From Peribolospora baueri (taxonomy: Eukaryota), in assembly GCA_029717555.1 (NCBI GenBank), contig JAMDHS010000034.1, positions 124,001 to 188,000 of the forward strand: a stretch of 64,000 bases of DNA. Reading direction: 5' to 3'. The stretch's first letter is position 1. Each line of letters opens with the position of its first letter. This document shows, one piece after another, positions 37,130-48,232 of the stretch. The translations under genes and the position numbers were made by a program. The notes under the pieces were generated by a model. The model was given only the letters and a program-made list of their open reading frames with translations. It ran no database searches and had not been told where the DNA came from.

Positions 37130-40100
37130 ATGACCGGCCACGATGACGAAGCGTGCCATGCAGCACTTCCGGCCTTGCGCGACTTCTTCATCTTCTCTTC
37201 AGATTTCAACTCGGTCGATGGTTTTGCCATGCTTCAAGAGCGGTGCTGCGATCCCACCTCCGCGCCCGGCAGCGGCGACGCCCTCGCGCTGCTCTTCTCC
37301 CGTACTTGGTCCGCCCTGCAGGAAGAGTGTCGGCGCTCCTCCGCCAACCTCTCCGGCCTCGGACTGGAGCCTCTCCCGGTCGAGCTCGCTGAGCTCTTCC
37401 AGCTCATCTTGTCCAAGGGTACGTTCCGAGCACAAGAGCTGGCTAAACTAGTATTTGGTCTGGCCTTGCAGACCATCGTCCAAGTCGGCCGGTATGTCTT
37501 GCATTTGCTCGGCGCCCGCGCCGCCCTCCGACCTCGTCAGCCGGGCCCCGCCCACCAGATGCCCACCATCCCGAACCCGTACTTTGCAGGCGTCGGGTTG
37601 GGATTCTTGGCCAGCGTCGTTGCCGCCTCCAGTACCGCCGACCTCGGCCACGACTTTGTAGGCGAAATCGTGGACAACGCCGTCCATGCTGTCCGCTTGG
37701 CTTTCCGCGTCGGTCGAGCGAGTGCGGCACGCGAATCTCGAGAGGGATCCGACTCCGTCGGAAGGGCCTTCGCTTTCCTGAGTATGGAAAGTGCTGACGC
37801 TGCACAGGTGAAGGCGCTTTGTGACGAATTTACCAAGTCTGATGTGAGTCCTAAGGTCCTACGTCGAGGCAGGCAAGATTCCGTCCGCGATCTTGGCGCT
37901 TGTCCCTCTCCTAATCATACCTCTGTTTATCTCGGCGATCAGGCAACCTCTCGGTTGGCCATTTTGGTCAGCCAGAGCTCCCTTAAAGTTCTCGTCGTTC
38001 ATGGGACTCATTTGGACTTGCAGCGGCTCCAAGCAGAGCTACAATCTCGTGGATGCAGGGCGCAGATGGATGCCTACCCTATGCCGTTCTACTCCTCGCC
38101 CATCAGCCAGGAATACGTTTTCTCTGCGATGCTTGATGAGGAGCGGAACGCCTCCCCCGCCTCTGCGAATGTTCGATTCCAGCTCAAGTACCCAGTCGCA
38201 TCGCTCGTTTCGGGTCGCCGCCTCGCACCCGGCACCGCCTTGGACGCATCTGCTGTCCTTGCCTTCGGGCTCGGTTCAGAATTGTCTGCTTTGACGTGGG
38301 ACGAAGGACTCCTTGAGCTTGCCAAGCTCGAGGAGAACCCGCTTAGGAGCCTCATGATCGGTCACGGCGCCAACAACAAGGGCAAGTACGACGCGCTCTT
38401 GGAGCACGTCTTGGATACCGTCAAGAGCGTGCATCCCCACGCCGAGCATTTCCCTGCGCCGGCGATTTTGTCTCTAAACAACCCCGTCGCTGAGGGCCTT
38501 TGCAGTCCCGACTTTGCCTCCATCCTTCGCCCAACCCCGGCCGAAAGTGTGGCCATTGTAGGCATGTCCTGCCGGCTGCCGGAGGCCAACAGCCCAAATG
38601 AGTTCTGGGACATGCTTATGAAGGGAGTCGATGCCTGCAGAGAGGTGAGGGTTGTTTCCGGAAATTGGAGCTGCCAGACGTGAGGAGCTTGCCGTTGTTA
38701 ATGTTTCCATTTCTGAATCAGGTCCCCGGCCATCTGTACGATATCAATATGTATTACGACCCTCAAGGCGCCGCTCGCAATCGCATGGGAGCCAGGCACG
38801 GCAACTGGTTTGACGGCATCGTTCCCCTCTTCGATCCGGAATTCTTTGGCATCAGCGACGAACAGGCGCTCCACATGGACCCGCAGCAGCGCATGGCCAT
38901 GTTGGTCGCATTCGAGGCTTTAGAACAAGCTGGTTTCGCACCTGAGATCGCTGACAGCGCCTGGGACCGCGAGTCGACGGGTGTCTTTGTCGCCGCCACC
39001 TGCGACGATTACCGTGAAAACCTGATGTCGAACATTACCCAGCACTACCTAGAGGGCAACTACCGCCAGTTCCTTGCTCAGCGGCTCTCTCGTCACTTTG
39101 GTTTCTCGGGGCCCGCGCACACGCTCGATACCGCCTGCAACGCGTCCTTTGTCGCTCTCGATGCGGCCTGCACCCAACTCGTCCGTCGCAAGTGCTCGGC
39201 AGCTCTCGTGGGTGGCGTCAGCGTCCTGACCCAACCTCAGGTGTCTGTCGGTCTCGACAAGGCGTACTTTCTGAGCCGTACCGGCCAGTGCAAAACGTTC
39301 GATGAAGGAGCGGACGGGTATTCCAGGAGCGATGCGGTGTCATTCATCGTTATCAAAAGGCTCGAAGACGCCATTGCCCACAATGACAACATATTGGGCA
39401 CCATCATCGGCATTGGAACGAACCACAGGCGAGTTCATGACGGAGCCTTCGACATTCAGCATAAGACACGTGAGCATTGATCGCTGACCGCCTCGTCTTT
39501 CACCACTCGACTCGTGCTCTGGTATCATACAGCGGCGAATCTCACTCGATCACCCATCCGCACGCCCCGGCCCAGCAGGCCCTGATGACATCGGTCCTGC
39601 GGTCGGCCAATGTCCAACCCTGGCAGGTTGGCGTGGTCGAGGCTCACGGCACCGGCACCCAAGCAGGTGACTGGAACGAGCTTACTGCCATCAGAGGCAC
39701 CTTCGTGGAACCTGGCCGTGACCAGGACAACATGATTGCGGTCACGTCGTCCAAGGCGAACATCGGACACAGCGAAGGCGTAAGCATATCATCCACCATG
39801 ACTCTTGCATTTCCTATGAGCGAGCCCCAGGATCCAAACTGATGTCCCATGCTCTTGCTTCCATCAGGCTTCGGGACTGGGTGCGCTAATCAAGTTGTTG
39901 CTCATGGTCAAGCACAACACGGTACCTCCTCACATCGGCATCCGCACCAGGCTCAACCCCCGTCTCGAGCACCTTCTCAAGGACAGGATCGTGGTCGCCA
40001 CGAATGGGCCCATTGAACTGCCCCGCCCCAAGGGGCAGGAAGAGTGTTATACCTGCGTCAACAACTTTGGCGCGGCTGGAGGTAACACTAGCTTAATCCT

Positions 40101-43100
40101 CCGCGAACATATTGCTGAGCCCAGGACGACAAGCAGCTCCACCGTCACACGTCATCTCGTCATCGTCAGCGGTCAGACCACCACTGCCCTCGAACGCAAC
40201 GTCCGCAACATGATCGACTACGTAAAGGCCGAGGGAGACAGGCTTTCTTTGCCCGATCTGAGCTACACCACCATGGCGCGACGGGCGCATTTTAAATACC
40301 GCAAGGCTTGCCTTGTTTCTTCGGCCGCAGAGCTGTGCGAGGCCCTGGAGACCACCGCAGTCGTGGAGCGTACAAAGAACAACTCGCAGTCGCAGGTCGG
40401 CCTTGTTTTCCCGTCCTTTACCGCCTCTGCTGCTACGGTGTTGGATGCCGGCAGGGCACTGTTCCGTGCTTTTCCCACGTTCCGCCACTACGTGCAGGTT
40501 TGCGATAGCGTTCTCCAGGGTCTCTGGCAGCCGGGCGTTCTGGACGCGTTCGGCGAGGGAAAGGCTAGCACGGAGGAGGTGATCGTCGGTTTCGTCATTC
40601 AGTATGCCCTCTTCGCGACACTCGAGGACTGGGGCGTTCCTATCCACACGGTCACCGGGGCGGGCCATGGCCAACTGTTGGCCATCGTGGCGTCCAAGGC
40701 GTCTACTGTCGAGGACGCCCTCGCGATTTTGATTGCGGCTCGCGACGTCGACTCGACAGCTTTGGAGCAAGCGGTGTCTCGCATCAACACATCCGTATCC
40801 AAGCGCGAGCTGATCTCTTCTAGCTGGTGCTCTGTTGACGGGACGCTTTCGGCTGCCGCCATCGCAGAGACTTTCAACAAGGACGGCCAGGGAACCGTCC
40901 CGGACATCAAATTGCCCGCCGGCATAACGTGGTGGTCGATGGGCGGCCAAGGCCTGGCTCACGTCATCCCTGGTACGACGTCTCTGCTAAATGCAGGGGA
41001 CACAACGGTTTCTGTTTTGGAAGCTTTGCGAATGGCGTTGCTGGCGACTTTGCCTGTGCGCTGGAACGCGGTGCAGGCAGAGCTGAACCCTGGAGCAAGG
41101 TTGTCCCCGTTGGCCTCCTATGCATGGGACTACGGCAGCTTCTTCGTCCCATACGCGGATAGGGCGCTTGTTCTGCCTTCGTGGTCCGACAACCCCAAGA
41201 GAGCTCAAGTCGGCAAGCCGAGTCGTGTGAAACCTCGCCGTGCTCCGAAAGCGAGAAAGCTGCAGTCTCGCAAGACGGGCATCCGCAAGGCTGCCCGGGT
41301 TAGTCCCGTTCTGGGCTTGGTTTCTACTCGGGGCAGCTCTCTGGTCTTCGATCTCGACCTGAAGACGGAAGTTGTCGAGCAAAACTTCACGGCGTCATTC
41401 CGGGAAAAGCGATACCTCATGGCAGCAGAACTCTTCACTGCCATGGCCGTCGAAGCGCTACAGTTCCGTCACGCTTCCGATGAGCACAGACCCGGCGTCG
41501 ACGTGCACGGTCTGGAGGTTCTTCAACCCGTAGCGCTTGACAAAGCCAGCGGCTTCTTGCGGCTTGAACTAGCCCCGCTCCGCGATGGCTGGCACGAGTG
41601 CACTTTTTCAGAGGTCAGCGGGGAGGAAGCGTTTGTTTGTGGCCACTGCTCTGTCCGGACGGCGTCTTCTTCTGACTTCAAGGAGAGCTGGGAGCCTCTG
41701 GTCGCCCTGGTTAAGGGACAGTTGGTGAACCTCCGAAATGGAGCAGGCAACGGTAGCAAAATGGGGGCCACCCTTTTGTACCGTTTCTTGTCCAAAGTTG
41801 TGACGTACCCGGCATCTGTGAGTGCGCGCCCGTTCTTCGCGGCCTCTTGATCTCGACTTTCTGCTCACCATCTTCTTCTCATGCCCGAACAGGCTCGAAT
41901 GCTCAAGTCGATGAGCTTCTCGGTCAACCGGAAGTCAGCATTGGCTTCTCTACAAGCTTCTGCGCAAGATCACAGCTGGCAGCGCAAGCAAGGAACGGCG
42001 GTCGTGCCCGCTTCGGCCATCCTGGGCGTTGGGCAAGCCCTGACTGTGCTCGCCAATCCCACGGCCTCTTCGAGAGACGACGCGCTTTACCAGCTAACGT
42101 CCATGTCTATGCAGGTATCCGAAGCTCTCAGCGTAGCTATGAGCAAGGACAGGAAGGTCGAGATTGTCGCAGCCATGTCCGAGCATCGCTCCGAGGGCGG
42201 CGTTGAGACTGTGTCTAGCGCCTACTTTGTGGACGCCCAGGATGGGACCATCTATGGCGCTCTGCGAGACGTTCTCTTCAAGCCGATCCAGAATCAAGCA
42301 GGGCCGTCTCGCACCACAAAGGCTTTGCTGCCACGCGTTACTCCTGCGGCCAAGGTCAGCTCCCCCCAGACACCCCTCGCCGCCGACAAGGTGTCCTCTG
42401 GTCTGGTTCTCACGCAGACGCAGTCTTCAACCAAAACCGCCTCGCCACCTCCGGTCTTGGATGCGGAGCCAGTAAAGGCCTCGCCGTCCGTTGACAAGCT
42501 TCTGGCGACTATGCAAGACATCATCGCCACGGAGACGGGTGTTGGCATCGAGGAGCTCTCATCTGGAAGCTTTGCCGACTTCGGAGTTGACTCTCTCATG
42601 TCTCTTGCCATCCTGGGACGCATGCGAGAGATTGCGCCGTTTGAGCTGCCCGGGTCACTGTTCATTGACTGCGAGACGTGGCAGGATCTTGAAGACTACC
42701 TCAAGGAACAACTGCCTTCGAGCAGCGTGGAAGCCACTACCGTCTCCAGCTCGCCGTCGGCTTCGCCCGCCTCGTCCTCGGCCGAAACCCTCTCTACTGC
42801 CGCCACTAGTGCAGGGAACGACGTAGTTCCTTCACAATCCTCCAGCCCGTCGGCTGCAAGCGTTTCCGAATGCATGGGTACGATCGCGGAGGTGATCTCT
42901 TCGGAGACTGGCGTCGACCAAGCAGACCTCGCTGGCTCAGCTTTCGCGGATGTGGGCATCGACTCTCTCATGTCTTTGGCATTGCTCGGTCGTTTGCGCG
43001 AGCTTCTTCCATTCGAGCTACCAGGCTCTCTGTTCATCGACTGTGAGACGATGGACGACCTCGAGGAGTTTGTGGTCAAGCAAGTCGCCGACCAACCTCC

Positions 43101-44085
43101 AAGCGCCGCAATCACAACTCCCGAAGCTGAGAGCAAACCTGCCCCTTCTGCGTCGGCCACGCATCCTTCCTCCATCGAAGTCGAGCGTGTGCTCGAATCC
43201 CCAGGTCGCGCTCTCTTGCTTGGAGGTTCGAAGGACTCGACCCATACCCAGCCTCTCTTCCTCCTTCCGGACGGTTCCGGCACCTCGGCCGTCTATCAGC
43301 ATCTGCCAAAGATGGATCGTATCGTATACGGACTCAACAGTCCCTTCCTTCTCAAAAATGTTGGACCGTGGACGAAGGGTGTGCCGGAGATAGCGGCCCA
43401 TTACATTGCTCAGATCCGAGCCAGACAACCGCACGGACCGTACTTGCTTGGAGGTGAGCTCGCATTGGAGCCTTGCAAAAAGCCCGGGTCATCGGTCATC
43501 GCGCCACGTCGTGTGCCCTTGGCTGACCCATCTGTCATCTTATGTCTTCACTTAGGTTGGAGCTTCGGCGGTGTCGTCAGCTACGAGATCGTCCGCCAGC
43601 TGGCCTGCGACTCCGAAGTAGTCAAGGGCCTCATTTTGCTCGACGCTCCCTGCCCCAGGAACCTGCCGCCCCTGCCGCACACGATCATCGATTGGGCCAC
43701 CGAGTCGGGCGCGCTGAATGGGCTCGGGATCAAGAAGTTCAGCCCGGAAATGATTTCCCACTTCCGTGCAGCCATCCAGACCTTGTCCGACTACGATCCA
43801 CCGAGTCTGTCGCCGGACATGGCGGCAAAGACGAAGGTCGTCCTCATTACGGCCGTGGAGGGCGTGGGGGCGGACCCGAACGAGGTGGTCAACACCAACG
43901 AGACAGTCTCCTGGCTCATGCACAGCCGGGCTGGTCTCGGCGCGAACGGCTGGGAGCGTCTGCTGGGCAGAGGCAACGTCCGGGTCGAAGAGATTGGCGG
44001 TAACCACTTTACGATGATGAACCAACCTTACATCGGCGAGTGGTCGAGCGCTATCAGGCGCATCATGGATGACTGGTGCATCTAG
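37130..44085 (+). CDS. Non-reducing PKS 'B': SAT0-KS-AT0-PT0-ACP-ACP-TE
   Basis: KS triad intact: DTACNAS (Cys 39136), EAHGTGTQAGD (His 39645), KANIGHSEG (His 39768). ACPs GVDSLMS (Ser 42592) and GIDSLMS (Ser 42964). TE PLFLLPDGSG, G|WSFGG (Ser 43561) and GNHFTMM. SAT motif is GVGLG (37589-37603), AT motif is GAGHG (40657-40671), and the PT region lacks the His and Asp motifs. Multi-exon. Confidence 0.92.
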
Positions 44086-44389
44086 GTCGGCTTTCTCGTG
44101 TTATGTACCTCTGAGTGGTTTGCTTCTTTTCCATTCTTTTAATGTTACGCACCGTTCGCTCGGAGAATGAAGTCGGCGTGTCTAAAATCGCGTCACAGTC
44201 ATGTCTACCCGTTCCAGAAGGACCATGAAAGCCGCATTTGTCAGTCACGCATGCATCACAAGTGTGGGGCGTATATGTCAAGCGGAACAGAACGAGCGTT
44301 TTGGCAGGAGACAGACGAGGTCGAACGAAAAAACACCGTCGTCCTTTCTCTCCTTTGGCAGTGTCTTGTCGGCCGTCGGAGCGGGCCGA

Positions 44390-45050
44390 GTGGAGTTTCG
44401 AGGGCGGCCATGAATAGGTCGGCGTACACAGGAGCGCAACTCGTACCCATGGCGGTGCCTTTACATTGACGATATGTCTTGTCGTCAAAGCAGACGTACT
44501 TATTTGTTAATACCTCAAAGAGCAGGTCCGTGATGAGTTCACGTCGCTCATAGGAATAACTCGATCTGCGAGGATATCTTGTATCATGTCAACCCCTTCA
44601 TCAAGGGGGACGTTGGGGTACACCGATTCCACGTCGCCCACGATAAGTCAGATAGTTCTGCCCTTCGGAAGCTGGCTGTTCAGTGCCATGACTTCGAATT
44701 CTGATAAACGTTCGTTACCAAACCTTATTAGTCGTACGACGTGGAGAAATTTAGCTAAATTCCTCACGGATTCCAATAATCCTAACCCGCCGCACGTCAA
44801 CACCGACGCGCCACGTTCCTGCGACAAGCCAGGCACGTGAGTGAAAATATTTTCACTCCTGTCTTGGCCGCCCACTTGTAACGGTAACGGTGTGAGTGAC
44901 CTGATCACCCTGGCCACGTGGCCGACCCCGTGGGAAATCGCCTGTACCGTAGTCATCTCCCCGTCGGCCGGGTGCTCGTCTTGTAGGAAGCACCTTTTGC
45001 ATATACCTTATCTTGTTACACCACTGTCGCGGGCGTACAAAAGGGAAACG
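44390..45050 (-). mobile_element. Degenerate reverse-transcriptase fragment, Penelope-like retroelement
   Basis: Minus strand: LIVGDVESVYPNVPLDEGL (RT motif A type, ~44590-44645) and NKYVCFDDKTYRQCKGTAMGTSCAPVYADLFMAALE (motif B', ~44398-44505), interrupted by stops; GxAMGxxxAP is typical of PLE RTs. Confidence 0.75.
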
Positions 45051-45096
45051 CTGGCCTGATGAGTTGAAAGACGAAACAGCAAGCTTCTGTCGCAGC
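45050..45096 (+). ncRNA. Putative minimal type I hammerhead ribozyme
   Basis: GCUGGC-CUGAUGA-GUU(GAAA)GAC-GAAA-CAG(CAAGCUU)CUG-UC^-GCAGC: conserved core CUGAUGA/GAAA, 3-bp stem II, stem III ACAG/CUGU, GUC cleavage triplet ending at 45091; stem I is imperfect. Confidence 0.65.
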
Positions 45097-45301
45097 AACC
45101 CTGTTCTCGACGACTCAACAAGACGGCCGTAAAGACACCGCCCTCGTTGATCAAACCCTAACCTGACTGGTCTCAGACTGGTCTCAAGACTGGGGGGTTA
45201 GGGTGTGAACAACGAGGGCGGAGTCTTTGTAGCCGTCTTGTTGAGTCGTACAGGGTTGCCGGGACAGAAGCTTGCTGTTTCTTCTTTCGACTCATCAGGC
45301 C
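45053..45301. repeat. ~110 bp inverted repeat (pLTR-like) with central telomere-like AACCCTAACC/GGTTAGGGT ends
   Basis: 45053-45162 GGCCTGATGAGTTGAAAGACGAAACAGCAAGCTTCTGTC...CCCTCGTTGATCAAACCCTAACC is the reverse complement, with mismatches, of ~45196-45301. The spacer holds GACTGGTCTCA twice. Confidence 0.9.
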
Positions 45302-45634
45302 GGTAGGTCTCCATCACCTTCCTCCCTCTTCGACAACCGCCCGTCCCCCTCTCCCCCTCTCCCTCTCTTTACAAGCACTTCGAACGACCAACCAGCTTGA
45401 TTAACACTCAAAGGTACCTATCTAAATGACTACGCGGGCCGTGCCTACTGATGGTAAGCCGGCTGGCTCTGGGATGATGGATGGGGTCAGTCGCGGCGAT
45501 GTAGCGAGCGCAGTCTGACCGCGCTGCGGGTTAGGGCAGTAGCTAAGCGGGGGTGTGGGCAACGAAGCGAGGCAAAGGGGTAGCGAGACGTGATGTGATT
45601 TCTGCGGCTCGGGCTGGGCTGGTTGGACGCGATG

Positions 45635-47358
45635 TTACGCCGCAGCGACGTTCGCCGACCTGCCATGCTGCTGCTGCTGCTGCTGAGACGGAGAAGACTC
45701 CACGCCATTATCCTTGTAAACGACACCAGTGGGCCTAGGCCCAAAACCAGCCCATCCAAAAGCAAACTTGGAGAACTGAAGCGCGCTCATCCGTTGTCCC
45801 GTCGCTTCATCGTACTTGGGCATCCCTTGGACGCGAGAGTAGTGTTGGATGTTGTGGATGCGTTCGAGACGGAGGTGTTGGAACGCGGATAGCTTTGCGG
45901 AGATGGACTGATCCGAGGTGGGCTCGTTGTCCAGTTTGTCGTTGAAGACGTAGTGGAGCGCTGCGGCGTCCTCGAGAGACGTCGAACCGCCTTGGCCCAT
46001 GTCTAGGAGGTGGAAGTACGAGGTCAGTTTCAAGCTGACCTCAGCGGCCCCCGGATGGGAAAAAAAAAAGACCCGACGTTCGCGGTATACTTACGAGGTA
46101 GCATAGCATGAGCAGCGTCGCCAACGATGACCGCTTTTCCCTTTGTCCACGTCTGGAGGGCGTCTACGTCGCGAAGCTGCCAGACGGTAACATCCTGAGC
46201 GTAGCTGTGGAGGGGGATGGGCAAAGGAGAAAGAGCGAGCGAGGAGTAAGAGGATGGATGCAAGGAAGAAAAGTCAGAAGGATGGACTGCACACCTGAGG
46301 AAGCGCCTGACGTAGGGAGCAAACGTCTTGTAGTCCTCGAGCACAGCTTCCGGAGTCGATGGCTGGCTCCAAGATCCGCCCCAGAGGCGAACGCCGTCGG
46401 GACAAGGGCCGGGCTGGTTAGTGGGATCGAAATCGGGAAAGATGGCAACGACGTTGATGTATTCGAGGTCGCGGCACGGATAGGTGACCAACCGACGGTC
46501 TTGGCCGACCCAGACGACCATGCCGGCTTTGGATTTATCGGTCAAAAAGCAGAGATCGGGATCGTGGACGAGACGAGAGGTGGGGATGAGGAAGCGGTAA
46601 GCGGCCTGCTCGGCGGGCATGGTGGAAGCTTGCGAGTGGACGTTGCCGAGGATGGCGTCGCGCACGACGGAGCGAATGCCGTCGGCGCCGACGATCAGGT
46701 CTCCCTTCCACGTCCTTCCGTCTTCGCTGCGAACGACTCCTTGCTCCACGTCGACGCTTGTGACCTTGACCGAAGTGAGCACCTCGGCGGGCAGGCCGCG
46801 CTCGGCAGCGCTGTCTTGGCAAGTGGCGGCACGCAAGAGGTCGAAGTGAAGGTCAGCGCGGTGGGTGAGGAGCCACGGGTCGCCGAACATGACGCGCGCG
46901 TTGACGGGGTTCTCCAGCATCGGCCCTCCGTCGTGCGTCAGTTGAAGGACCTAAGAGGGAAGGAGGAAGAAGATGAGCCAGCGCGGAGGGAAGATAGGCT
47001 CGCGACACGACACCTACCCTGGTCACCTCAACACCCCGCAGCTTGGAGCGGTCCAAGCCAAGAAGGTCCATGAATCGGGTCGCGTTGGGCTTGAGCTGGA
47101 TCGCGGCGCCGATCTCGCCGAGCTTGGAGGAGCGCTCCAAGACCTGTGCGGTGGGAGAGACATGGGTCAACAAAGAGCGCGCGGCGGACAGCCGGGAAGA
47201 GGAGAGGTGAGTGAGCGAGCACTCACGACGATCTCGCGACCGGGCGCTCGGAGAGCCGAGGCGACTGCGAGGCCGGCGATGCCACCACCGCAGACGATGA
47301 TGCGCATTGGAGAAGGAGAAGGAGAAGGAGAAGGAGAAGGAGAAGGGTTAGAGGTCAT
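45635..47358 (-). CDS. FAD-dependent monooxygenase (salicylate hydroxylase-like), multi-exon
   Basis: RIIVCGGGIAGL, EIGAAIQLKPNA, HRADLH, LIVGADGIRS, VIVGDAAHAML, GQGGSTSLEDA. N-terminal (SP)n tract comes from a GAAGGA microsatellite; an alternative start is at 47307. Confidence 0.92.
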
Positions 47359-48232
47359 GTCTGGGCGGTGCAAAGGGACGGCGGCACGTTTCTCAAAGTC
47401 GAGGGAGAGTGGAAGGGGGGACGTGATTTGGACTAAAAAAAGGGCGACCGATGCCGACCGGGGCTATGATATAAAAAGGGGCCGAGCGCGGGCTGGAAGC
47501 ATGGAAGTATGGTGTTTGGGTGTTGTCCGGGGGCGAGCGGAGGCGATGACAGCCATTGGAGGCACTGCCTGCTCTAAGGAGGAGAAGAGGCACGACCTGG
47601 AGTAAATCCGGACGACGTGCGGCGGTGGCCTGTGCTGGTCCGCGCCGGCGTCGGCGTCGGCTTGAGGAACTGGAGTGGGACAGAAGTAAGTGTGGTAGCG
47701 TAACTCGGGGAAAAGCAGGCAGCTGGTGCGCTCCGGAGGTGCACACAAGAGGCTGCGGAGGCGTCGTCTCGTCGCCGTCGCCTTAGCCGTCGCCGCTTTA
47801 CGCACGGTGCACCTGTTCACTCGGGGTAGAAGGGCGGGTGCGATAGATGGATGAATGGATGTCGCCGCGATCGTTCCGAGTTATAGAAAGGCAGGCAGAT
47901 CAAAATAGCGCGTTGCAGGCAGGCGATCGTCGTCGCGCCCAAGTAACTACTACTAGCTTGTCGCTGGTCGGGGACGGACACTGCGTAAGGTCGACGTCGT
48001 CCGTGCGCAGGAGGAGCGATGATGGGCGCGTCCGGGCATGGGCGAAGCGAAAGCGAGGGCGAGGTCGAGGTGGTCTCGCTCGGCGGTGCTCCTTCCTGCC
48101 TGGCAAACCCATCTCATTGTTGGCCGAGGTGATTCCATAGATATAAAGAGCGGGGTACATGGGTCACCTTCGCTCGGGTAGAACACAAGAACATCCCTCT
48201 GTCTCCGTCTGCATGCATACCTTCCCGCCCCA

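Noticed and set aside
45153..45204. True telomere or interstitial telomeric array
   Set aside because: Only ~1.5 TTAGGG units per arm; treated as part of the inverted repeat.
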